In this document: positions 48,516-60,215 of the stretch, one piece after another
Layout of the letters: each line of letters opens with the position of its first letter
Position numbering within the stretch: position 1 is the stretch's first letter
Source: Hydrolagus affinis
Lineage: Eukaryota
Assembly: GCA_012026655.1 (NCBI GenBank)
Contig: JAAILG010000017.1
Location: forward strand, 124,001-188,000
Direction of reading: 5' to 3'
Length of the DNA stretch: 64,000 nt
Program-made: the position numbers and the translations under genes
The notes under the pieces: model-generated
The model's database searches: none
Told to the model about the DNA's origin: nothing
The model's input: only the letters and a program-made list of their open reading frames with translations

Positions 48516-50999
48516 GGGTTGTACGTCTCCACTATCAAGTTAAACTCTAATAGGTAAGTTTGCAAGTGCACCTCTTTCTTCGGAAGTAACTAGGAGAACG
48601 AAAATGTCAGCAGTTGAGATGGGTTTATTCAGATACGTAGTAGAGATCAGTCTGCTGCACACTCTCTCTCCTACAGCCAATTTTTCTTTACCAATTAGCC
48701 TGAACGCTTAGGTTTATATTATCCGGTTTCAAAATATTTTATTTTATTACTGCATTGAATGTAGGGACCTGAGAATGCCCAATTGTGGATCTCGTGTAAA
48801 TTTTTTCAGCTTTCCAACCTTTTTTGTATTTTTGCTTGCCAAACTTTTTAACATTTGTTAACACGGCCTTTCAATTCTATGTAACTGATTTATAAAAAGC
48901 TTCGATGGTTTATCAGCAGAACTTAACCCATTGTCCATTGACCTGATAGGCACTATTCTTGCCTCCAAATAGGTTGCAATGCAAGGATAAGAGATCAAAA
49001 AGATTTCCCCCCCCCCAACTCCACCCCACCCCCACTCACATACCCTCCTCCCCAAGGAACATAACTTTGAGGGGCAGTGTTTTGTAATCTCACCATGTAA
49101 TGCACATTGATTTATTTTATTTTGCCTTGATAAAATGTCACACTTAGGTTTGTGTCGAAACAAAAGGATGTCCATCTTGTACCATAACTCACCACAGAGG
49201 AATCTTTAAAATTGGTTCAAGATGCTCATTATTTTTAGAGTGAGAGAACAATTCTCCTAGCTTTTGTTGTGGCACAAGAAGTGTCATCGATGTTTTGTCC
49301 GCGTCATTTGATATAACATCATAATTAAAGCCAGTATATCTTGTCTGAAAGAATCCCATAAGATGACTGTTCGGCTTTGTTGTTCATTGAACTTCTTACT
49401 ACTTTTTCTAAAAAAAAACAGAAAGTTGCAGTCATGCGTAATCCCTGTACATTTTTTCAATCAATTATTTCTTTTTTTAAAAAAACAGGACGAAGAGTGC
49501 ATTGTTTTGTGATGTACTTAATGGAGTTAAATCTGAAAAGCAAAATGAAACTGGAAACCAGGTTGTTTTAAAATTCGTCATTTGCCCACTCAAATCTTGT
49601 TTGTTGAAAAAAACTTCTGAATCGATTTGAAGGCTGCCCTATTGAATTTCATAAAGTTGCTTATCCCCCGCCACCCCCCCCCACTCCACATAGTCCTTAT
49701 TCAATGAGGTGCCTCCCTTTTCCATAACACTGGTCCTGGATATACAGTGTAGCATGATAGCTTCCAGTTGGATATTTTAAGCTACTAAATATTATTGAGT
49801 TATTTTAGTGTGTACAATATAGACCAGGCCTTGTTTGTAATCTTGTTTTTATTATAAATATTATAAGTACATATCAGAAGAATGTTAGCGGTTAAGATTG
49901 GAGAAGTTTAGGTGTCACCGTCTTGCGATTCATAACGCGACTGACGTACAGATTTATTACCAAATATGATTTATTTTAGAACGTTATCAGCTCTTGCACG
50001 CTGTATCACGCTGTCCAATTTTGAAAGTTGTTCAAAGTGACCAACAGAGGCCCTGTTGGAACAACTTCTGAACCGTTTGAAATCTGCAGCTCAGTGCTTT
50101 TTTGCTTCAGATGCATATTGATGAGAGCGAATATTTTTGTATATGTTTTATTTCGAACGACAGTCACCTACTCACAGCATCGAGGACTGTCTTTCCTCAC
50201 CTGTCGGACGCTTTGCTGCAGTGCCTTCCTGCCATTGTACCAAAAAGATTTCAAGAGAGAACTGCCTGCCAAAAAAAAAAAGAGCTTTCCTCACATTCTG
50301 TCTGGTCAAACTATCAAGTTACTGAACAGAAATGCAATTTCTTTTGCTAAACAGTTCCCAAGCAAAACATATCACAAGCCAACAAAGTGCTTTGCAATGG
50401 TAGTCTCCAGAAAGCTGACTCATAAAGGGTCGTGGGCTGCGTTATAGGGGAAAGAATGTGATAAAGTGAACATTTGCACTGTAAAATGGCAATTAGTTAA
50501 AGGTAAAGAGGTTATATGCCATTCTTTAAGAGCAATATATTCCTTCCGAATGTAGGACTTCTCAAAAGACAGCACTATTTTTGTTTGTAATAAGATTTCT
50601 GCTGCTTATCTTTGTACCCCCAAAGTTCTCAGTAACTTCTCTTTGCTTTTCGAAAGCATGTTGTTATTTTGATTTTAGAAGTGTAGAAAATGTGAATGAA
50701 TCTATTCATTGTATTCTATGCATTGCATACTACCTTTGGTGCCTTTAGCCCTTTCAGTGTCGGGCATGGTGGATTTGTACTAACCCCATTGCAGTCACTT
50801 ACTGCTTACAAATGCTAGTGGTATATAATGTCAGTATTTAACATTTAAAAAAGGGTAAAGATATGAATGTAACTAAACTTGAAAAGAAAAAAAAATCAAG
50901 AACTATCACAGAAGGGGTTAAATACATCTTGCCTGTATTGAAATATTATCCTTATCCAAAGAACTAAGTCATAAACTTGCCTATTTGGATGCAGACTAT

Positions 51000-51196
51000 A
51001 ATAAAGCCTTACATTGTCTTGCTTAGATCTGTGCAATTTATCAATAAAAAAAATAAAAAAAGCAACAGTGTTTGTCTGCTGATTTACTAAACTTTTTTGA
51101 ACAAATTTTAATTGAGACAAAATTATTCTTTACAGATGGTTCTGTTCAGTGTGACTGGATTCTACTCAACATTAAAATGTTTGCCCTGTTAATAAA
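51000..51196 (+). terminator. Distal polyadenylation signal cluster
   Basis: AATAAA at 51000, 51043, 51052 and 51191, ATTAAA at 51171. GU-rich gtgtttgtctg lies just after 51066. Repeat density rises after about 51220. Confidence 0.6.
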
Positions 51197-51569
51197 GCTG
51201 GACACCAAGTGTATCCAAGAACAATAACAAAATTACATTTGTGTAGTGCCTATTCATAACTTTTATAAGTTGGATATTATACATTTGCAGTAGGAATCAT
51301 GTGTTTGTCTGGCACAGCTGAAGCATGAAAGGCTTTAATTTTATCTTTTATTAGGGTTTAAGACCTGGAAACAAACAGTGGGACTAAAATTCAAGTATTG
51401 GTTCAAGTTTGAAAAAACTAAAATCTTTACATGTTGACCTCTCTGATCAGCATTAATAGCCGAGATGACTTAGCAGAAAGCTGTTTCCACACAGTGTGCT
51501 TCCAGAGTAGAGTTCCTACACATTGGTGGGATTTTGAGTGATAAGACTCGATAAAAAACCCTTGTGTTG

Positions 51570-51801
51570 TCGCCTTGGGACGTCCTCCCGACTTGAAATT
51601 TTGCCGTTATTGTGTTTAGACCACAATATAATCCAGCTGCAGTGACCAGATGAAAGCTTGATTTAGATTGTGAAACAGTGTGAGCGGGACTGTGTGTTTT
51701 ATTCACCCACAAAATACACACAGGCCTGCAGTATATTCTGTGAAGTGCTTTGAGACTTCTTGGCGACAGGACGGAGCGCTATATCAAATAAGTATTATTA
51801 T
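51570..51801 (+). mobile_element. L2 tail fragment followed by SINE tail fragment
   Basis: cgccttgggacgtcctcccgacttgaaa at 51571, and tattctgtgaagtgctttgagac...gcgctatatcaaataagtattatta at 51734-51800. Confidence 0.7.
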
Positions 51802-52024
51802 CAATAAATCAATTGTTTTGTGTTCTAATTCTTTGCAGCAGTTTAAAAGGGGGCCATTATTTTTTAATATCTGTCACCGTTTTGAAAATTCCCCCTCAAA
51901 AAAATTAATAGCATTTAAATTGTTTCCCTGCTTACCTGACTGCTTGAGCCCAAAATTCTGAAACTGGCTGTTTTAGTACATGGTACTCATTTATTCAGCC
52001 AACAATTACTATACAATACAAATG

Positions 52025-52320
52025 AATGGATATATAGCCCTTTCATAGCAGAATGTCCCAAGGCACTTACCAATCCTGGCTTGGCTCGGTGCAAGCAAAT
52101 GGTGGGTGAGGTGGGGGAGTGGGGGGTGGGTGGAATTAAAGTTAGGGTACGTGATCGGGGGCAAATATGACAAGAAACGCAGTTAAAGAAGTAGGTCTTT
52201 CAATGGACAACAACACGAAGCAACAGTTGGCATTTGTACAGCCCCTCTCACTTCAGAGGGATGTCCCAACAACCTACTTCGAGGCGAGGGAGCGAGTGGG
52301 AGGGATTCCGGGCTATAGTT
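52025..52320 (-). mobile_element. Two adjacent L2 3' fragments
   Basis: tatagccctttca...atgtcccaaggcactt at about 52033-52068 and tgtacagcccctctcacttcagagggatgtcccaa at about 52235-52269, with G-rich bodies. Confidence 0.55.
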
Positions 52321-52604
52321 CTGCACAGTTGTGCTGCCCTTGAGTTTTATTCAAGAGAGAAATAGGCAACCAAGTTTGTCACCAGAAAGCATCGATGGCT
52401 GACACCTGCTGGATGCTAAAAAGAACACCATTCTTTCATTCATCGACGCTGAACGTTTCAAAGCTGAGTGTATGATGTATTCAATCCAAATCAATGGGGG
52501 AAGACTATTGTGCTATCACCGTAACCTGACTTTGGGAGTAGTTCTTAAAGAACGCGCCCAAAACTAAGAGCAGGAACAAAGAGCACTGTTAACCTGTGTA
52601 AAAC

Positions 52605-52667
52605 AACTCCTTGGGATGTCCTGCCGACGTGAAAGGCGCTCTATAGATGTAATTTTGTTGTTGTTAT
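52605..52667 (+). mobile_element. L2 3' tail
   Basis: ccttgggatgtcctgccgacgtgaaaggcgctctatagatgtaattttgttgttgtt. Confidence 0.8.
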
Positions 52668-53616
52668 TCCATCTCTCTTTCACGCCCCCACCCCCCAACA
52701 ACACTTCCCTGCTCCCCCCTACTTCCCACCCTTCTTCACAGCAACCGTCTTGTTTAATCTCCTCAGGATTAATTGGCAAACAAGCTAACCTTGGGGCCCA
52801 ATGAACAGGAAATAATCCTTCCGATTTAAGGGAACTTTTCTAAAAAAGAAAACGGCGAGGATCTCATCGCTGCAGAAATTCAAACCAGGTGCAAAACGCA
52901 TTGGCACGCATTTCAATCCACGGAACCCATTAAGGAAGCACAATCCCAAAGCACAATCCTCAAGTTCTCTCCCATTGACGTCCCCTTCTGAATTGGTGTT
53001 AACACTTTAACAGATGATGGCTCTTTCAGGTAATTGCACTGATCAATGACAATAAGACGATGAGGAAAAAGACGAGTAAAACAATGGTACGTGTATCAAG
53101 TTTTTTTAAAAAAAAACTTCTGGCACAAGCTTTTGTAAATGCTCCATATACAGTTTATGTTTGTTTGATAAAATGGCATAGAATTTGCAGGTCTGAAATA
53201 GGCCCAACTCGTCCATGCTGCGGTCTATACTTCATATGAGCCAACGCCCCCTCCTAATTCCCCCTTCCCCTCCACCCCACCCCCCCAGCCTCTCTCATAA
53301 AACTTTCCTCTCATTAAGAGCGCATTAAGTTCCCAAACTAATCACAGTGAAAATCACTGCTGTCAAAGCATGTCTTCCTCAATTGCCTGAAGCTGATTGC
53401 TGGCCACGGTTCAAGCAATGTCAGGGAAACTTTGAGTGAAGCGATCAGTTTCAAATGGTGGGAAGTGTATTGCACCATGAGTTAGCACTACTATCCTTCC
53501 AATAGATTCATAACCTAAGAAGGGATCCTTGTTTTGAGCTGGCTTTTTTGTGGGACAGCATTTTGGGTAGGTGGTGAATGAGTGGAATTCTTACCAAACA
53601 TCCGAATGTGCGACGG

Positions 53617-53933
53617 TAATAAAATAATAATTATCCTTGTATTTGATATAGAAGATTTTCACGTCTTCTAGATGTCTCAAAGTGCTTCACAGAATATACT
53701 GTAAAGTGAATTTACTGAATATTTGTGGGCGAAAAGAGGCAGCCAATTCAGCACAGCAGTGTCCCCACAAACAGTCGTGGGTTGAAATAACCAATGTATT
53801 ATTGTTTTTTTTGATGGATTAATAGCAGGCATGTGGAGTAAGGAAACTTGCCCAAGGTTTCTCCCTGCCTGGTATCGAACCCAGGTCTCTCGCTTGCAAG
53901 GTGAGTGCTCTAACCACACAACTACAGGACTCC
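53617..53933 (-). mobile_element. Full-length tRNA-Ala-headed SINE
   Basis: Reverse strand ggagtcctgtagttgtgtggttagagcactcaccttgcaagcgagagacctgggttcgatacc, then body and tail. Confidence 0.9.
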
Positions 53934-54279
53934 ACAATCAGGACAAGTTACAAACCAGAAAAAAAAGCCACCAAATGGGCAATATAAAACGTAATTTCTT
54001 TGATGGATTATACGCACGGTAATACCAATTGCTACATGACGGTTCATGGAAAATCAGTTTGCAAGCAATATAAACTCAACATGAGTTTATTTAATGAAGG
54101 ATATCATAGCCAAATGTATGGCCTGTTTATGCACTATTAGGGGTAGAAATTATATCAGGTTCCAGGTTGACTGCACTGTGTTAATGAGGAGACACAGAAG
54201 GCTTGTGCATAATAATTTTACAAGTATAATTGGCATTTAATATCCATAAGGCTATTGCTGCCTGAAACACTAATTGTCC

Positions 54280-54340
54280 AGAGCCTTGAAATGTCCTCCC
54301 AACCTGAAGGGCTGTATACAAACGTAATTTTATTGTTGTT
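54280..54340 (+). mobile_element. L2 3' tail
   Basis: agagccttgaaatgtcctcccaacctgaagggctgtatacaaacgtaattttattgttgtt. Confidence 0.65.
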
Positions 54341-56699
54341 ACAGCACCTTTCAAGTCAGGACATCTCAAAATGCTTCTTAGAATTCACTGCAAATTGTAG
54401 TGACTGTGTACTTTCGTAGGCAAACATAACCAGTTTGCCAGGCAAACACTACAAGGAATTTGCCTGGCAAACTTTTAAATGGCAATAGATTAATGTCCGA
54501 CAAACAGCCATGGGTATTCTCGTAATTCCAGTCACAACACTGCTGGTAAGTCATGGCAAAGTGCCTTTGCAAAAGGTCTGTTAAATTTGTTAAAAAAAAA
54601 ACACGTAGCACCCATTTGAGCAATCATCAGCTGACTCAACCTTGTTATTCATAGGATGCAGGAGTTTATTTAACCTTTTTAATAAATTGTCTGCTCGATG
54701 AGCTATTGGTGTTCTGGCCTCAAGATGAATGCAGAATGTGTCACGAGGATATGGGACCTGGGGAACCTCCGTTAGTCCTCAGTGTTGTGTGCACACAGTG
54801 GTTAGAAAGACAACAGTGTTGAAAGAGTGAGAGTGAAGATGTTTTTCCTTGCGGTGAAATATGGTGGTCAAATTCAGCGTGACAAATATTTCCTTTCTAT
54901 GGAGCTGTTTTGAAAGTTGATCCTTGATGTAGCACAATCTATTTGAGTACCCAGCTCCTGCAGGGTTAGACAATGTGGTGAGATACTGATTTATGGATTC
55001 CAAGACATCTTATTTTATAACAGGAGCATATAAAATAATTGCGTATGAGTCCAGTTTTGAATAGTTGTAGTATAAAGACATCATATAAAGAAACCACATA
55101 GGGGTCATGCTGTCCCTTCACTATTGTAAGTAAGATTGTATTACATCAGTTTTAAAGGCCGTAAGAGATACAGCTGGTTATAAGGGTTAAAGGGTTCACT
55201 CAGTTTGGCATGTGGTTCATATTTAACTCAGTAACTGGCTTCATTATGACTGAAGCACTGAGTCACAGCTCGTTCAACAAGCCAAAGTCTGGAGGAGTTT
55301 CTCCAGCTTGACTTTTTTTTAAAAAGAGAGAGAGAAAAAGAAAGTGACACTAACCACAAGAGCTTTTATCTTCACCAAGAACGGAGGCTGTGATTTTTTT
55401 TCAGGCATCTTGGGATGAATACAGAATAATGACAGTGATTTGAAACTGTAACTTAGCAACTATATGTTTCTCTAAGTTGCAACGTGGTTAGGCAGAATTT
55501 AGAATGAAGTGTAACCCCAACACACCCCCACCCCAAACCAAAGGTCATCTTTTTTTAAATGGCAACTGTTGAAAAGTTGAGGAAGTGGGTTTAAAGATTG
55601 TTCATTAATGAATTGGATGAAATGAATTGAAATGAAACCATGTCCAGTGATTTACAAAACTTTGGTTAGAGGAAAGTTTTTGAGGCAAAGGGATTTTGAG
55701 ACTGAGTGCCCACCAAAAAGGGAGTATAGAAGCTTGAATGCATTGATGGGCAAGGTATATAGGTTCTTAGTGCCACATCAAGTTTTCTTTATTCAATCCA
55801 GTCCTGCAGACAAGATGAGCAGATAAGTGTAATTATCACTCAGTCACTCACTCATGCAATCAGCTGTGGATTTAATTCCATTCGTATCAATTGACCTGTT
55901 TTAAAATGGAGAAAGGTGAGGTTCATGGAGGAGCAAAAGAAAGTTTATTCTCATTCAAATTTGTAGCTCAACTTGGATCAGACTGTCTCTGGTCTCCAAA
56001 CAGTAGACCGAATTCAAGGTGACAAACTAGTCCCAATGTCTGGCTCAGATGAATGATGAATTTTCTGCAGGAATCAAATATATCAGATGCAGCGAGCAGG
56101 ACCTATCCAATCTCCAGGATAGCACCTTGTCCAAGTGATGATGTTTTTCTTTGTGTCATCATCCCTTTGCAACAAGTCAGTTGTGAATGTCCCATTACAT
56201 CTTTTCTGTAGCAAATTTGTAGCAGTAAAGATTTTCTATTCCTTTTAGTACATATCCAGAGGATTAACTGTATTTAAAAAAAATCTATTATGTCATTCTA
56301 TTAGTTAGGAATGTTGTTCTAAATCAGCTTGTTTTAGTCTGTGGAAGGAACAGGCTGGATGAGTTCAATGGGCTGTTGGATTCCCAAGTTTTTATCCCAA
56401 TTCCAGCCTTGAAGACCAATGACATTATCTCATTCTTTGTTGTCCTTCCCAGAAAGCATTCACCACCCAGTACAAACCTAGCGATTATGAGCAAATTTGG
56501 GGGCAAAGTTCCTGCAGTGAATCTATTTCAAATGTCTCCTGATTTCTATCACCATAACCAGAAATAGTGCATAAGATGCTATAACTTCTCAACTTGTCCC
56601 TCTATCAGATTCATCAGGATGTGGTTTGACTTTTTTTGAAGCTCCTTGTTTAAGCTATTTAATCTGAAACTCCCAGTGATTCAATTGGAACCAGACTCC

Positions 56700-56920
56700 T
56701 GAATAAAGAGGGTATTCACAGTTTCTTCCAGTGTGCTGGCCATTAATTCTCCCAAATAAAATTTGTCATTAGTATCATGGCTGTTTGTGGGACATTGCTG
56801 TGTTCAAATTGGCTGCCACATCTGCTTGCAAAACACACAATCACTACACTTTACATTAACATGCTTTGAGGTATCTTCCCTGCTCAAAGGGTGCTATAGT
56901 AGTTGCAAGATTATTATTTT
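56700..56920 (+). mobile_element. Deu-domain SINE 3' half
   Basis: gtgtgctggccattaatt...catggctgtttgtgggacattgctgtgttcaaattggctgcc...gtgctatagtagttgcaagattattatt. Confidence 0.75.
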
Positions 56921-57105
56921 GTTATCACCGTCACATCTTGCTAGATTCTAATCAATTAATTTCACACCATTAAATTGAATAGTGAGAGAAGGAGCGGTGG
57001 GGAACGGGAACTGTGTGACATCAGCATCGGTCAGGGTTTGTTTTCAGGAATTCCTAGTTTACATTTCCAGCAAAGAAAAGGTTTTCATTTAATTTATGGA
57101 TTTTT

Positions 57106-57109
<4 letters not shown>

Positions 57110-57136
<27 letters not shown>
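57110..57136. repeat. (TA)n microsatellite
   Basis: Uninterrupted tatata run. Confidence 0.95.
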
Positions 57137-59364
57137 CTTTATAATGCATTCCACAGACATTAATAATCTATCGTGCATTTGGCATAAATCATCCAGTCAT
57201 AGAATGAAGGAGACCTATTAAGCAAATCCTGAAGATACTCTAGAATAGTTTTCAACTGTGCTAATGATAAACTGTGGGCATTTTGTGTAGCCTTTGCTAT
57301 GATAATTGCTAGGAGACGTTTTATTGATGAGTCATTGTTGCTAAGAGCTCAGTGGGCATACCACCAACGAATCGACTTGTGCTCCTGCCAGACATCTTAA
57401 GGGTATTACGTCACAGTTAGAAACAACACAGCTTGTCTGTCTCTAGACACAGCTTACAGTTATGAAAAAGATTCGATTAGAAGATATCAAAGGTTTGTTT
57501 TATTCGCTTGGGGGGCTGTGCGTATGGCTAATGTCCAGTATGAAAGAGACTTCTTTCACAACATGATTTCAGCTAACTTGAGTTTTTGCATCTGTTGTTG
57601 CCATGGTATAATAATAATAATAAATTAGTATAATCAGAAATTACTTTGGTTTAAATGTTTTTATCGATTGATATGCTATAATATACATTTTCAAATTCAA
57701 TTATTCAATTTATTCCCAATCTATTTCAGTTAATTTATTTTTTTAACCAGCAGTTAAGGATGATATTTAGGGAGTAATGTATTGCTTCTTGAAAAGTAAT
57801 TATATTGCTCATGGCTGGAGCTCTGAGAATTCTCGGCATTAGATTGACTATAATCATATCAATGTTACTTTGATGTTACTAAAGTTACTTTAACGTTATT
57901 AAAATTGTTTAACATTATTAATAATAGCTGTTCAAATCTGCTGGTATCCGGAATGCAGGGATATCAGACAGAATTTTTTCTGTAGCGATCTTTAGTCATC
58001 AACAGTGATTCATTTCAATAACTGTAAGTGATTTACGCATATTGTATACCAATGGGAGATCCACTGCGAAAGCACATTGCTTCAGAATGCAGTTTCCATG
58101 TAGGAATGACTTACGGTTACCAGAGGAATTCCCATTTGCAAACCAGAGTCTTTAGTTAAGAAATCATGTCCGCAATTGTTCCGTCTTAGACAAACCAGCA
58201 ATCCCTAGCCTTTGGATACAACACCAACACCTCCCCATTCATAAAGGTTAAATGTACAGTGGCCAGTATTTTTGCTATTTAATGGCTGTTGTAGATGTTG
58301 AAGGAACCGAAAGAATTGTAATTGTTGACCCACATTGTAGCTACATTATAAATTTGATGAATACCCTTTTGAGTGAATGGGAAGAAGCCAATTCAGGGAC
58401 ACAGGGATGTGACGGAGATGTGTGACAAGTTACAGCGTTACAGATACATTTCAGATGTGAGGTAGAACCCACCAACAACATTGACAGTAAACTAAGGCTT
58501 CCATAAAGACACAAATCACACTTGCTATTGTCTAAGATGGTATACTTTGGGCTGAGACAAGGAAGTTCCCATACTGAGTTGGTGCCTTAATTACAACTGG
58601 CCTCATAAATTCACTCCCTGGTCAGTAATCACCTTGTATAAGTAAGCCACTGGAGCTGGAACGCTGGCTGCTTTTCCCTTCTGCGATTGGGGATGTAGAG
58701 ACCAGTTCTGCTCCAGGTAACTAGTGATGTAATTTTGTTGTTGTTATAGTGAGAGAAAAAGCCAGCATAGACTAAATCCTTTGGTGTTGGGCAGAGCCTT
58801 GCCCAAAGGTACCTTCAATAATAGACAACATTTGGAGCAGTGGGACAGCTGGATTTAAATACACAATTAATAATGGAGAAACCTATGTTAAGCTTGTCTC
58901 CGTTATTACTCTAAACCTCTGATACTATTCAATCGGAAGCCCGCCGAAGGACAGGAATAGAACATTCACTAACATGCTATCTGATAATTACAATATTAGA
59001 TTCTTACGTCGGACAGCAGACGAGTAATGTCTGAAGAACTTTCTAGACTGATGATGTAATGCCTGTGGGTTGGCGATAATCATTTCTCAACCTAAGGTTT
59101 ATTTCAATCCCACATACGCCTTCCAACTTGTGGTATTGTACAGATTCGCAGACATTGACAAACTGACAAAGCATGTTGACATTTTGTATTGCAATGGAGG
59201 CAGAAAATGATGAACTTCACATTCCTAAGTGTGTTTTATTTAATGTCCACCCATAGGAGATTCGCCCAGAAATGATTGAAAGAAGTTCTGCCTCGAAGTT
59301 TTATTTGATATATCATAATCTAAAATGTTATTTTAAATGTACAAAATAAACAAACAGACACGAC

Positions 59365-59425
59365 ACTTTACAGTGTATTCTGTGAAGCGCTTTGAGGAGT
59401 TTCAAAGACATGATAAGGTGCTATA
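59365..59425 (+). mobile_element. SINE tail fragment directly fused to the next SINE head
   Basis: cactttacagtgtattctgtgaagcgctttgagg...atgataaggtgctata. Confidence 0.8.
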
Positions 59426-59724
59426 CCTGTAGCTCAGTGGTTAGAGCACTCGCCTCGCAAGCGAGAGACCTGGGTTCGATTCCCAGCCAGGATGAAACCT
59501 TGGGCAAGTTTCCTTGCTCCACACGCCTGATAATAATCCCTCAAAAAAATATATTATTTGGTCACTCAATCCACCACTGTTTGCTGTGCACAATTGGCTG
59601 CCACGTTTTGCCCACATATATACAGTCAACTCACTTTATAGTATATGCTGTGCAGCGCTTTCAAACGTCCAGAAGACATGAAAAGCGCTATATCAAATGC
59701 AAGGATGATGACTATTATTATTAT
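59426..59724 (+). mobile_element. Full-length tRNA-Ala-headed SINE with near-intact cloverleaf
   Basis: D arm gctc/gagc, anticodon arm ctcgc-ctCGCaa-gcgag and T arm ctggg-ttcgatt-cccag, followed by SINE body and tail rather than a Pol III T-run. Confidence 0.9.
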
Positions 59725-59877
59725 GGAGTTCCAAGGGGTGGGGGGCAAAAGGCTGAAGGTCTGACTGGTTACCTGAAATATTCCACAAATGTTTTATATG
59801 TCATTCTACAGCCTTGCTATATCAATAATTCTTTTCCTGCTTGTCACTTTGGTTCTGTATGCCTTACATGGTGTCTG

Positions 59878-60215
59878 TTTGGCTTAGTGATAGCAGTCTC
59901 GCCTCCGAGGCAGAAGATTGTGGGTTTACTTCCCATGGGTGGGATTTGAGCTCATAGTTACAGCTGGCTAATGACTATTACTAGACTGACTATGAGAATT
60001 GTTACTACAGAGTGGTGTGGGGGAGTGTATTGTCAGAGGTGGCAACCTTTGGAAGAAATATTAAACTGTCTCGTTCTTCCACGTGAGCATTAAGTGTCCC
60101 GTATTCTGGTTCAAAAAGTGAAAAAACCGTGTGCATTTCTCCTAGCGAATGGCCAATGATCTTCCAGAATAAATGTTCATTCGTCTCGTAGATGTTGAGG
60201 GACTGAGCCGCTGTT
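59878..60215 (+). mobile_element. Decayed Deu-domain SINE (SacSINE1-like)
   Basis: Head tggcttagtgatagcagtctcgcctccgaggcagaagattgtgggttt and Deu start gtattgtcagaggtggcaacctttgga...attaaac; collinear with 17138-17475. Confidence 0.7.

Larger units (their letters stand above)
45933..51075 (+). other. NFATC2: Probable long 3' UTR of NFATC2
   Basis: Follows the stop codon. AU-rich and almost free of recognisable transposons (one L2 tail at about 47534-47596). Ends in a cluster of AATAAA hexamers. The exact end is inferred. Confidence 0.65.

Noticed and set aside
17771-54340. Dispersed 60 bp palindromic repeats as an array or recombination-site system
   Set aside because: Irregular spacing, both orientations, (TTG)n ends, and attachment to L2 ORF2 remnants at 331 and 62010 identify them as LINE tails.
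59426-59492. Functional tRNA-Ala gene
   Set aside because: The acceptor stem is incomplete, there is no T-run terminator, and it continues into a SINE body and tail present in many copies.
59392-59949. 185 aa ORF and similar ORFs (28001-28315, 35744-36304, 53677-53937, 62199-62545) sharing peptides such as LEHSPCKRE
   Set aside because: The shared peptides are translations of the same non-coding SINE, not a protein family.
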